This document shows positions 43,100 through 51,541 of a stretch of DNA of 64,000 nucleotides, in pieces (the first letter of the stretch is position 1; each line of letters begins with the position of its first letter). The notes under the pieces are model-generated. The model saw only the letters and a list, made by a program, of their open reading frames with translations, did not search any database and was not told the DNA's origin. Origin of the DNA: a virus; the IMG/VR virus record IMGVR_UViG_3300046328_000321, positions 1 to 64,000 of that record. One strand, 5' to 3'. Both the position numbers and the translations under genes were made by a program.

Positions 43100-43377
43100 C
43101 TAATGATGACTGGATAAAACTTATTTGGTTATGTCTTATTAGAAACAGAGAATTGATTTTAAAAGATACCTCTCATAAATCTCTACCTACCATTAACACA
43201 ATCCAGAAAATTCTAAACGGTTTTACCATTAAAGACTGTAGTTTAGACTTCGCTGAGGCCTATGATCAATTATATCAGATAGTCAAGACCCGCATCATAC
43301 AAGCTAAAATAGACCCTAAAAAGATCAGAGGTATGACCATGACATCACCCAACAATCTTTACATATACCATGTCTAA
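43003..43377 (+). CDS. Hypothetical protein
   Basis: ORF in operon; start uncertain. Confidence 0.45.
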   Translation: MSPESKLKLYVSDLSISVDNLDLQSYTDESDMTNDDWIKLIWLCLIRNRELILKDTSHKSLPTINTIQKILNGFTIKDCSLDFAEAYDQLYQIVKTRIIQAKIDPKKIRGMTMTSPNNLYIYHV

Positions 43378-43822
43378 GCAAAGTGTAGTTGTCTTGGTGG
43401 GTATAAATGATAACTTAGGACAGATATTACAAAGCCATATAACAGAAATGTTATACATGTTACTCGGTAACACATTTCCCAGATACATTTTAAATGAAAC
43501 TTGTAGAGAAACTTATAGAAATCTAGTTAAGCAAATTATTGATAATACATCCGATGATTATTCTGATTTTTGTTTAAACTTATTGTCTTTACCAAATTTC
43601 AATGGACTTCCTTACGTCCATGGAGAACATCATCCGTTTGCTTACTGTGATGAGAAACATATGGCTGGACTTAATTTTGCCATAAGGCAATTAGGTACTT
43701 CTCTATTCTTTTCTATTGCTAAAAACAAACCTTCTGGTATGTATTTGAATAATATCAACTACATAGATACTGATACCATTGGTCTGCTCTACAAACAAAT
43801 GGTTGTGGAGTCCGTACTCTGA
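43370..43822 (+). CDS. Hypothetical protein
   Basis: 150 aa; overlaps the upstream stop. Confidence 0.55.
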   Translation: MSKQSVVVLVGINDNLGQILQSHITEMLYMLLGNTFPRYILNETCRETYRNLVKQIIDNTSDDYSDFCLNLLSLPNFNGLPYVHGEHHPFAYCDEKHMAGLNFAIRQLGTSLFFSIAKNKPSGMYLNNINYIDTDTIGLLYKQMVVESVL

Positions 43823-43832
43823 AAGCAACAAA

Positions 43833-44231
43833 ATGGATTTTCAACTCAATAAAGTTTATAGCTTTGTCACACGAGCACCTAGTCTTTTAGGCGCTTCTAT
43901 CATTAATGCCAAGTTGGTCGGTATCATGATAGCAGAGACAGCACGAAAAACTCATAACGTGGATATGCAATATCGTAAGATATTTCCATTACTTCCACCA
44001 AATACACCTGACGATATTGAAAGTTGTGTGTTCTATGAATTCATAGGACAGTCTGGTGATCGTGTTATTTACGCTGACCAATGGATCGATATGACCAGCG
44101 TGGAGATCGTTGACCATATTCGTATTGTGACTACTGTTGTCAATGCATCTTTGAACGATGTTGGTCGCATTCGTGATGTCCTTAATGCCATGGGGTATCG
44201 TGACTTCACAGTAGAAGTCACAACACCATAG
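43833..44231 (+). CDS. Conserved phiKZ-like hypothetical protein
   Basis: Likely start MDFQLNKVYSF...APSLLG. Confidence 0.6.
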   Translation: MDFQLNKVYSFVTRAPSLLGASIINAKLVGIMIAETARKTHNVDMQYRKIFPLLPPNTPDDIESCVFYEFIGQSGDRVIYADQWIDMTSVEIVDHIRIVTTVVNASLNDVGRIRDVLNAMGYRDFTVEVTTP

Positions 44232-44267
44232 TAGTAATATCATTTATTTAAACATATTGAAATTATA

Positions 44268-44669
44268 ATGCCTTATTTTAAAGACTCATATGCAGATATA
44301 GGTCGTGATGAGTTGGTGCTCACACCAGAACCTATTGCCGGTTATATTGTTAATAAATTTGATAAAAATAAATTTACATATTTAATAATGTCAACCGGAC
44401 TTATTTATGTGCGTGAAATAGATATTAATTTGAAACCACACGTAGGTTGGGTGTATCTTCATGAGTCTTGTATCAATGAAATTTTTCCTAATGATAGACC
44501 CTATGTTTTGTTTGATATAGAATGTGTCAATCTAATTAACCATTACAGAGATGGACTTAGTATAAATAGCATGAATTTTCAAAAATTTTATCAGCAGCTT
44601 TTTAATAAATATGGAGTTCAAAAGCTCCATGAAGATTTTTTTGATAATTTTAACATTTTATCTTTTTAA
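44268..44669 (+). CDS. Hypothetical protein
   Basis: 133-aa ORF. Confidence 0.5.
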   Translation: MPYFKDSYADIGRDELVLTPEPIAGYIVNKFDKNKFTYLIMSTGLIYVREIDINLKPHVGWVYLHESCINEIFPNDRPYVLFDIECVNLINHYRDGLSINSMNFQKFYQQLFNKYGVQKLHEDFFDNFNILSF

Positions 44670-44670
44670 T

Positions 44671-45030
44671 ATGAAGCACATAGACAACTGGTTAGACTCA
44701 CCACCTTTTCAACAATCAGAAAATATAATCTATGCAAAATGGGTTATTAACTATTTTAGATTACCAGCTGGTTTAAAAATACAGTTTAATAAGTTCATGA
44801 TTGGATTTCATCTTTTTGCAGAATGGAAAGGAAACGTTTATCGAGTCACAGGTGCTTCTCGTATGGGTGATGTTTGGTTATCTGAGGACTTTAATCGTGA
44901 AAACGGTTACGATCTTCGTGTGGAAGTAAGTGAGCTAACCAACTGGTCTAATAAACCAGATGGTTCTTACGATCCGAATCTTTTTCCTACAAAGCCGTCT
45001 TATGATACGAGTCAGATGGTCACGGCATGA
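44671..45030 (+). CDS. Phage hypothetical protein
   Basis: Likely start MKHIDNWLD; YRVTGASRMGDVWL segment. Confidence 0.6.
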   Translation: MKHIDNWLDSPPFQQSENIIYAKWVINYFRLPAGLKIQFNKFMIGFHLFAEWKGNVYRVTGASRMGDVWLSEDFNRENGYDLRVEVSELTNWSNKPDGSYDPNLFPTKPSYDTSQMVTA

Positions 45031-45385
45031 AGGTTATGAGGTAAGTTCTAAAGGTGATAAAAGATTCTCTGCTTTAAACGCCATCTTACCAGAAGGTAGA
45101 AGTATAGAGCAGATTTATCAGCTTGACTGTAAAGGCTTTGACCCCGGTGGTACAAATTGGAGACTGGGAAAAGGAAAATCTCCTCTTAATCCTGATATCG
45201 ATTTGTACAGAGCTTACCTAGATCTTTGGAAGTGTTGGACGCTTCACAACTTCGATCTTATCTGTGAGTTGAACAGACTTGCTTATGAGAATAACAATTG
45301 CTTGAGAGACAGATTCGCTTCCACGGATATTAATCAGGCAAGAGCTTTAGCAGAAATACCGACCATACTGAGAAACAGGTCTTAA
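45002..45385 (+). CDS. Hypothetical protein, possibly NADAR-like
   Basis: YEVSSKGDKRFSAL...SIEQIYQLDCKG; likely start MIRVRW. Confidence 0.5.
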   Translation: MIRVRWSRHEGYEVSSKGDKRFSALNAILPEGRSIEQIYQLDCKGFDPGGTNWRLGKGKSPLNPDIDLYRAYLDLWKCWTLHNFDLICELNRLAYENNNCLRDRFASTDINQARALAEIPTILRNRS

Positions 45386-45401
45386 CTCAAGGAATAGTAA
45401 A

Positions 45402-46058
45402 ATGATTAAATCAGACAAATGGATTCGTGAAGAATCTCTTCTTCGTGATATGATTGTTCCATTCTACATGGAAAGTATCAACAAAATCACAGTACATGGT
45501 GAAGAAAAGAAAATACCCAGCTATGGACTATCCTCTTATGGATACGATGTAAGATTGGGTGGTAATTTCACATTCTTCCGTGGTCCGCGTGAGCAGATTG
45601 TTCGTAATAGTTCTTACGACGGTGACGGACTTCCTGTTAACACAGTGGTTCCAGCAGGTACCCATGATGGTTTTATCGATATTGCTGATTTCACAAACAC
45701 CTGTGAAATCACAATGATTGAAAACGTTGCTTGGATCGAATTACCTCCCAAGAGTTTTTGTTTAGGACACACTCTTGAGCGTATAAGAATGTTACGCAAC
45801 GTAACGGCAATTTGTATGGGTAAATCTACAATAGCTCGTGCCGGCATCATCGTAACTGTAACACCTATTGAATCTGAATGGTCTGGATTTATAACATTGG
45901 AGATAGCTAATACCACAGATATCCCAGTACGTATTTATACCGGTATGGGTATTACTCAACTTCAATTTTTCCAATCGGACGAAGATTGTCTGGTGAGTTA
46001 CGCTGATCGTAATGGTAAATATCAGAATCAATTAGCTGTTCCTGTAACAGCTATATGA
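45402..46058 (+). CDS. dcd: dCTP deaminase
   Basis: MIKSDKWI, SYGLSSYGYDVR, GKSTIARAG, WSGFITLEI, YADRNGKYQ motifs. Confidence 0.93.
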   Translation: MIKSDKWIREESLLRDMIVPFYMESINKITVHGEEKKIPSYGLSSYGYDVRLGGNFTFFRGPREQIVRNSSYDGDGLPVNTVVPAGTHDGFIDIADFTNTCEITMIENVAWIELPPKSFCLGHTLERIRMLRNVTAICMGKSTIARAGIIVTVTPIESEWSGFITLEIANTTDIPVRIYTGMGITQLQFFQSDEDCLVSYADRNGKYQNQLAVPVTAI

Positions 46059-46163
46059 ACATAAACATTCCTTTTATAACATATTTCAACCACTTATACT
46101 TTATTTGGGTTATTACAGTTTAAACTGATGTATCTGTCAGTACTGTTAATTAAGGAGATGAAG

Positions 46164-46790
46164 ATGACTATCGTTACTAATGAAGAATGTACCTTTCATT
46201 ATAATGAAAAGAATGAGCTCCATCGTGAAGATGGACCTGCCATCGAAGATACAGATGGTTATAAAGCATGGTGGGTTAACGGTAAACGACACCGGACCAA
46301 TGGACCTGCTATCGAAGGTGCGGATGGTAGTAAGTCATGGTGGGTTAATGATCAACGCCATCGTACAGATGGACCTGCTGTGGAATATGTAAATGGTGAT
46401 AAACTATGGTTTGTTAATGATCAGCGCCATCGTGTGGATGGTCCCGCTGTCGAATATAACAATGGTTATAAAGCCTGGTATGTCGATGGTCAGCGTCATC
46501 GTGTGGATGGTCCCGCTGTCGAAGAAGCAGATGGTGGTAAAGTATGGTATCTGTATGGTCAACGACATCGTGAAGATGAACCTGCTGCAGAAGGTGCCAA
46601 TGGTAGTAAGTCATGGTGGGTTAACGGTCAACGACACCGGATCGACGGTCCTGCTGTAGAGCGAATAGACGGCCATAAAGAATGGTTCGTTAACGGTGAA
46701 CCCCATCGTGTAGATGGTCCCGCCATCGAATACCCAGATGGTACTAAAGAATACTGGCTCCATGGTGTTAAACAGGATCCACCTGTTTAA
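46164..46790 (+). CDS. HRxDGPAxE repeat protein (copy 6)
   Basis: Type A module, repeats, QDPPV cap, shared terminator. Confidence 0.9.
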   Translation: MTIVTNEECTFHYNEKNELHREDGPAIEDTDGYKAWWVNGKRHRTNGPAIEGADGSKSWWVNDQRHRTDGPAVEYVNGDKLWFVNDQRHRVDGPAVEYNNGYKAWYVDGQRHRVDGPAVEEADGGKVWYLYGQRHREDEPAAEGANGSKSWWVNGQRHRIDGPAVERIDGHKEWFVNGEPHRVDGPAIEYPDGTKEYWLHGVKQDPPV

Positions 46791-46928
46791 CTGATAGATA
46801 TATACACAGCCTGATAAGCTGTGTATATATTTTTTTTACCTTTTGTAAACTATTTCAGTCACATATATTCTATTTGAGCTGTGGTTTAACTTAACATTTA
46901 GTTGAGACTATTAGTTCAAGGAGTTATC

Positions 46929-46985
46929 ATGGAAGCATATGAAATCATTTTAACCGAAGAAGAGTGGAATTTCTTCTTCGGTTAA
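46929..46985 (+). CDS. 18-aa minigene MEAYEIILTEEEWNFFFG
   Basis: AAGGAG RBS, promoter-like motif at ~46844-46880, terminator at 46985-47016. Confidence 0.65.
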   Translation: MEAYEIILTEEEWNFFFG

Positions 46986-47092
46986 AAGGAGAGGTCTTTA
47001 CGACCTCTCCTTTTTTATAATCAATCATTTGAACATACTTTATTTTTTTTTTGTAAAGTATGTTTACCTATCATTCTAAGTCGGATAGTTAA

Positions 47093-47515
47093 ATGAAAGA
47101 ACATGATTTTGTCAAAGTTTTAGTCTTAAGTACTTTCAATAATCAATTTGGAAAACATTTAAATGATAATGATTTTAATATAATTTGCATCCCTAAGAAA
47201 CAAGATTTTCCCATAGCCTTTGAAATTTATACGAATCGAACAGATGATTTTCTTCGTCTGAGAGTTTATTTACAAATTGGTAAATCTGATTACTTGCAAA
47301 CTTTTAAACTTGAAGTTAATCCACCATTTCATAATTCAACTGTTGAAGATGAAGTATGGGTGACTTTAGGAAGTATCGATGTCTATCATTTAGAATCCAG
47401 ATATTTAAAAGAAGAGTACCTTTACAATTGTCCAGAACAAACATCGTCAATTATCCTCACTGAAGATGGATTTCCTATCCTTTCTGAGGATGGATCCTAT
47501 GTTCTGACAGAATAG
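47093..47515 (+). CDS. Putative virion structural protein
   Basis: C-terminal ILTEDG..ILSEDG..VLTE motif. Confidence 0.5.
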   Translation: MKEHDFVKVLVLSTFNNQFGKHLNDNDFNIICIPKKQDFPIAFEIYTNRTDDFLRLRVYLQIGKSDYLQTFKLEVNPPFHNSTVEDEVWVTLGSIDVYHLESRYLKEEYLYNCPEQTSSIILTEDGFPILSEDGSYVLTE

Positions 47516-47605
47516 TAATACAATATATAATTCGTCAAATCTAAAACACATCCGGATAGATGGGAATCCTATGATAATATTTTACATTACGGCAAGGGTG
47601 TTATT

Positions 47606-48175
47606 ATGAGTTCAAGAAAAATAAGTGATATGTTACTATTACCCACACCGATGGGTCTAGAACAAACAGTAGTTGCTGTAAATGGTGTTAACTACCGTGT
47701 TACACTAAACGCTATTAAATCACTGGTAACAAAAGCGGATCTAGGATTAGGGAATGTCGACAACACAAGTGACATGGGTAAACCTATATCCACACTTATG
47801 TTAACTGCTTTAAATAATAAATCAGATACTTCGCATTCACATTCAATATCTGATGTAGTGGGTTTAATACAGTATATAACAGACCAACTGTCTATTCTAG
47901 CTGCATCTATGGCAAGTCTAGGACATACACATCAAGTATCAGATATTTTAGATTTAGTAAACCAGTTAAATAATAAAGTCAACATAAATGACTTAACAGC
48001 AATATCTATTTCCATAGATAATCTAAATACTGCTTTGTTAAATAAAACAAATATAGGACATTCACATACATCTAATGATATCTCAGACTTTGTTACCGAA
48101 GTCCAAAACATCGTCAATGCTATGGGGTTCGGAACACTGTTAAATGTCGTTACGATTGGTGACATACAGTGGTAA
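47606..48175 (+). CDS. Putative fibre-like structural protein
   Basis: VTKADLGLGNVDNTSD segment and three HxH repeats typical of trimeric phage fibres. Confidence 0.6.
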   Translation: MSSRKISDMLLLPTPMGLEQTVVAVNGVNYRVTLNAIKSLVTKADLGLGNVDNTSDMGKPISTLMLTALNNKSDTSHSHSISDVVGLIQYITDQLSILAASMASLGHTHQVSDILDLVNQLNNKVNINDLTAISISIDNLNTALLNKTNIGHSHTSNDISDFVTEVQNIVNAMGFGTLLNVVTIGDIQW

Positions 48176-48227
48176 ATTTAATCCACTCACGATATTTTAT
48201 TCTTTCATAATTCCGTAGGAGTTAAGC

Positions 48228-48800
48228 ATGGCACAATTAAAGATTTCTAAGGTCACAAGTCTTCCAGGCACTTTTGATCCATCGACCCTTTATCTGGTTT
48301 CAGATGCGGTTCGCACAGATGATGTCAACATCTATGTTTCTAACAGTGCTGGTACTGCTGTCAAGCATGTGCCAACCTTTGCCGAATTAGAAACAATGGT
48401 AGATACCAAGATAGCTGCTGGTATTTCAGCCGCCTCAGCTTTACGAGTCGTTGCAGATATTACTGCTCGTAATGCATTGAATCCAACGGTCACTACTTTG
48501 GCACTTGTGTTGGACGCCACTGATGATATTTCGGTAACATCCGGTGCCGCTACTTATGTCTTCACAAATAATGGTGAAGATCCATGGACGAAGATCACTG
48601 AATATGAATCGCTCGATGTTGCAATTCAGTGGGACAATATTCTTTACAAACCAGCATCTACTGTTACAGATATAGATGATGCTGTCACCAAGCGTCACAC
48701 ACATACCAATAAAGCTGTATTAGATTTATTGACGTTCACTACCGTACTTGAATACAATGGTCAACCTGTTGTACCTCAACTGGTCGCTGAGCAATGGTGA
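48228..48800 (+). CDS. Putative virion structural protein
   Basis: VVADITARNAL..LVLDATDD and HTHTNK motifs; AGGAG RBS; terminator at 48821-48853. Confidence 0.55.
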   Translation: MAQLKISKVTSLPGTFDPSTLYLVSDAVRTDDVNIYVSNSAGTAVKHVPTFAELETMVDTKIAAGISAASALRVVADITARNALNPTVTTLALVLDATDDISVTSGAATYVFTNNGEDPWTKITEYESLDVAIQWDNILYKPASTVTDIDDAVTKRHTHTNKAVLDLLTFTTVLEYNGQPVVPQLVAEQW

Positions 48801-48976
48801 TCATAATAATTTAAATTTAACATAGATAGAGCCATATGGCTCTATCTATGTTTATTATGTTTGTAAATTATTTCAGTCACATATACTTCACTTGAGCTAT
48901 ACTCTAGTTCAATCGAGATTAACTCGATAGCCTATAGACAGTTGGGTTTTATTTACTGTCATTGAGGAGACGAGAC

Positions 48977-49228
48977 ATGGTGGTAACAACCTCAACTCAG
49001 TTACAGACTGAGGCAACAGCATTGGCCAAAGAGCTAATGATAGTGGCAAGGAGGATTGTGAACATGTTTGAAAAGTTATCAAAAGACAAACGCTACGATG
49101 CAATTGTCATTGAAGACTTTCATCGAAGTCTCAAAGCTGACCCATCGATCATGGGTCAGCTAAAGGCTATTGACATTATCATCGATGTCAGTTACATCGA
49201 TGAGATGGAAAAACTGATTAATCAGTAG
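48977..49228 (+). CDS. Hypothetical early protein in a self-contained cassette
   Basis: Promoter-like motif at ~48862, GAGGAG RBS, terminator at 49236-49274. Confidence 0.65.
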   Translation: MVVTTSTQLQTEATALAKELMIVARRIVNMFEKLSKDKRYDAIVIEDFHRSLKADPSIMGQLKAIDIIIDVSYIDEMEKLINQ

Positions 49229-49350
49229 CCTGAATAAAATCCCCTAAGTCAAAAGCTTAGGGGATTTTTTTTTTCAACACCTTGCTATAATTTTTTGGTC
49301 ATATAAATTTTACTTGACTTATTGTGCCATCTCACCTAAAGGAAAGTATC

Positions 49351-49779
49351 ATGTCAATAACCGATAAAGTAAAATCGTTGCAAACAATTGTGGATTCTCA
49401 GTTTGTTAAGACACTTTGTCTTATGGAACATGAGGATGTGTTAGAACTGGTAAATGAACATAGTTTTAATAATGAATTTAAACAAGCCATTCTTGCTATG
49501 GATGCAGCAATCCATGCAGTATTATGGTCTCGTGGTACTTATGATGCTCTGACCATATCTCATTTTAATCAAATTCAATCTGATAAGAATATAAAACTAG
49601 CGATGAGGAATGTATCTGTAACAGATGCATTCATGGAACGAAACCGTGAGAAGTTAAATTCAGCTCCTTCTCATGTTGCTCGCTGGCAAATTATTCTTGA
49701 ATCTGAATTTAATAACGTTGTGTTGATGGATCGTACCGTTGCTATTATTTTGAAAGGTGAAAAAAATGGTAAAAGGTAA
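49351..49779 (+). CDS. Hypothetical protein
   Basis: Likely start MSITDK after AAGGA. Confidence 0.6.
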   Translation: MSITDKVKSLQTIVDSQFVKTLCLMEHEDVLELVNEHSFNNEFKQAILAMDAAIHAVLWSRGTYDALTISHFNQIQSDKNIKLAMRNVSVTDAFMERNREKLNSAPSHVARWQIILESEFNNVVLMDRTVAIILKGEKNGKR

Positions 49780-50488
49780 ATTAATCGTTATAGAGGGTGT
49801 GGACGGTGTGGGTAAAAACACACAAGCTAAATTCATGACAACCTTGTTATCAGAGATAGTTCCTGTAAGGTTTTTCTCATTTCCTCAATACCATACAGAA
49901 ACTGGATTAGAGATTTCAAAATATCTTAACGGCAAAGCATCTGATCTTACAAGAATGCAAATTGCTGAACTCTATGCTAATGACAGGTTAGCTGTAAGAG
50001 ATGAAATCAATGAATGTCTTGACAAAGGTATTTTTGTAATATGTGATCGATACGTCATGTCTAACATAGCGTTTCAATCATCTTGGTATCTTAGCCGTGA
50101 TGGAGCTGGTGAGGAACAAGTCAAACTAGCTCAGAAAATAATTAACGATATTGATGAGTTAGAATATCAGCAAAATCAAATGCCTGTTCCTGATTTGACA
50201 TTGAGTTTGATTCTACCTGTAGATGTAACTATGGTTAGGGTTACAGGTAAAGATAGACGAGAATACACAGATGCAATTCAAGATATTCACGAAGTAGATG
50301 TGAAGTTACAAACACATGCTGCTGATTTTTTCAGTAAGATGGCTAACATGGGATTTTCAGAAACAATTAAAGTGATCAATTGTTGGAATTTTGTTAAAAA
50401 AGAACAATATTCTAAACAAGAGATTCATGAGAAAATTTGGTTTCCAAATGTTGTCAACCTCATTAAGAGTGTACGCGGGGATCGGTAA
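49766..50488 (+). CDS. tmk: Thymidylate kinase
   Basis: P-loop IEGVDGVGKNTQ, FP, LYANDR and ICDRY motifs. Confidence 0.9.
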   Translation: MVKGKLIVIEGVDGVGKNTQAKFMTTLLSEIVPVRFFSFPQYHTETGLEISKYLNGKASDLTRMQIAELYANDRLAVRDEINECLDKGIFVICDRYVMSNIAFQSSWYLSRDGAGEEQVKLAQKIINDIDELEYQQNQMPVPDLTLSLILPVDVTMVRVTGKDRREYTDAIQDIHEVDVKLQTHAADFFSKMANMGFSETIKVINCWNFVKKEQYSKQEIHEKIWFPNVVNLIKSVRGDR

Positions 50489-50993
50489 CAGAGATACACC
50501 TGAGTTCTACCTGAATAGAATGCGTAAAATAGCAACCCTTCTAGAGTTGCGAGGTTATGTGTTGCGATCAGGTGGGGCAGATGGAGCAGACTCTGCTTTC
50601 TACGAAGGTCTGTCAGACAAAGCCAACGCTGAGATATATTTGCCATGGGATGGTTATAATGGTCATTCCCATAAAGCATGTATCCCAGCGGAAGCTTACA
50701 GATTGGTGGAAAATCTGGTGCCAGACTTTCAATACAGATCACAAGCTGTACAACATCTGTTTGCCGGAAATGCGCAACAGATATTGGGTAAAGATCTGGA
50801 TTCACCTTCTGAATTTGTGATCTGTTATACCAGAGATGGTTATACAGGTCCTCACGACAGGAGCTTCAGGACAGGTGGTACCAAGATAGCCATAGACTTA
50901 GCAGTCAGTATAGGTATACCTGTGTTTAATATAAAAAGGATAGATCATCATAATACAGTGGTGAACTACTTCAACGATGATCACCTCCTTTAA
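50448..50993 (+). CDS. SLOG/DprA-like Rossmann-fold nucleotide-binding protein
   Basis: YAGIGNRDTP, LRSGGADGAD, YLPW and GGT motifs. Confidence 0.75.
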   Translation: MLSTSLRVYAGIGNRDTPEFYLNRMRKIATLLELRGYVLRSGGADGADSAFYEGLSDKANAEIYLPWDGYNGHSHKACIPAEAYRLVENLVPDFQYRSQAVQHLFAGNAQQILGKDLDSPSEFVICYTRDGYTGPHDRSFRTGGTKIAIDLAVSIGIPVFNIKRIDHHNTVVNYFNDDHLL

Positions 50994-51084
50994 ATCCCCT
51001 TTGTAAAAATACATAGTCATATATACTATACTTGACAATTGGGTCAATTTTTAATTGATACGGTTATTAAATGAGTGAAAACTT

Positions 51085-51157
51085 AGTCGTAATTCTCTGA
51101 TGAGTTCTGCGACTTTAAATAAAAGAACGAAACACCGTCCACAAGACGGTGTAAGAA
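51085..51157 (+). ncRNA. Type I hammerhead ribozyme with loop II pseudoknot; predicted cleavage after 51153
   Basis: UUCU-CUGAUGA-GUUCU[GCGACUUUAAAUAAA]AGAAC-GAAA-CACCGUC[CACAA]GACGGUG-UA^AGAA; loop II GCGACU pairs with upstream AGUCGU (51085-51090). Confidence 0.9.
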
Positions 51158-51482
51158 ATGTGTTAGCTTACGGTGATTACACACCATAAATCTTATTGGC
51201 TTATGGTCTAGCTGATGTTCTAACCAAACGTCAAACCGTGTGTCTATAGTTAGTTTCGCGAAAGAATACCCTTGGTCGGGATCTTAGCGCCGCTTCTATA
51301 GAAAGTTGTAAACTCTGGACTTGATCGCTCTAGAGAGCAGCCTATCATCCATTCGTATCTAATATGAGTGGATTTTAGAGTGCTATAAGATCTTACCGAC
51401 TATCAATCTACAGAACAATGTCAGCAGTTTATTCTGCGAAAATGACTTTGGTTCTTGATTGATAGTCGGTATTTTTTTTTTT
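51154..51482 (+). ncRNA. Unknown structured ncRNA downstream of the hammerhead
   Basis: No ORF of 60 aa or more; four nested stem domains; ends in a 15-bp perfect stem (51394-51408/51457-51471) plus a T-run. Confidence 0.65.
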
Positions 51483-51541
51483 CTTTGGAAATATAAATAG
51501 TACCATACGGAGCATCTGCTCCGTATGGTACTTTATTATGT

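Noticed and set aside
21940-46790. Diversity-generating retroelement or CRISPR array explanation for the 66-nt repeats
   Set aside because: Repeats are in-frame coding units without spacers; variation does not look adenine-restricted; no reverse transcriptase or cas gene recognised in the window
51154-51482. tmRNA, RNase P, SRP, 6S, retron msr-msd or group II intron identity for the structured RNA
   Set aside because: No tRNA-like ends or tag ORF, no GAGGAAAGUCC, no SRP loop, no domain V and no adjacent reverse transcriptase; a covariance search is still needed
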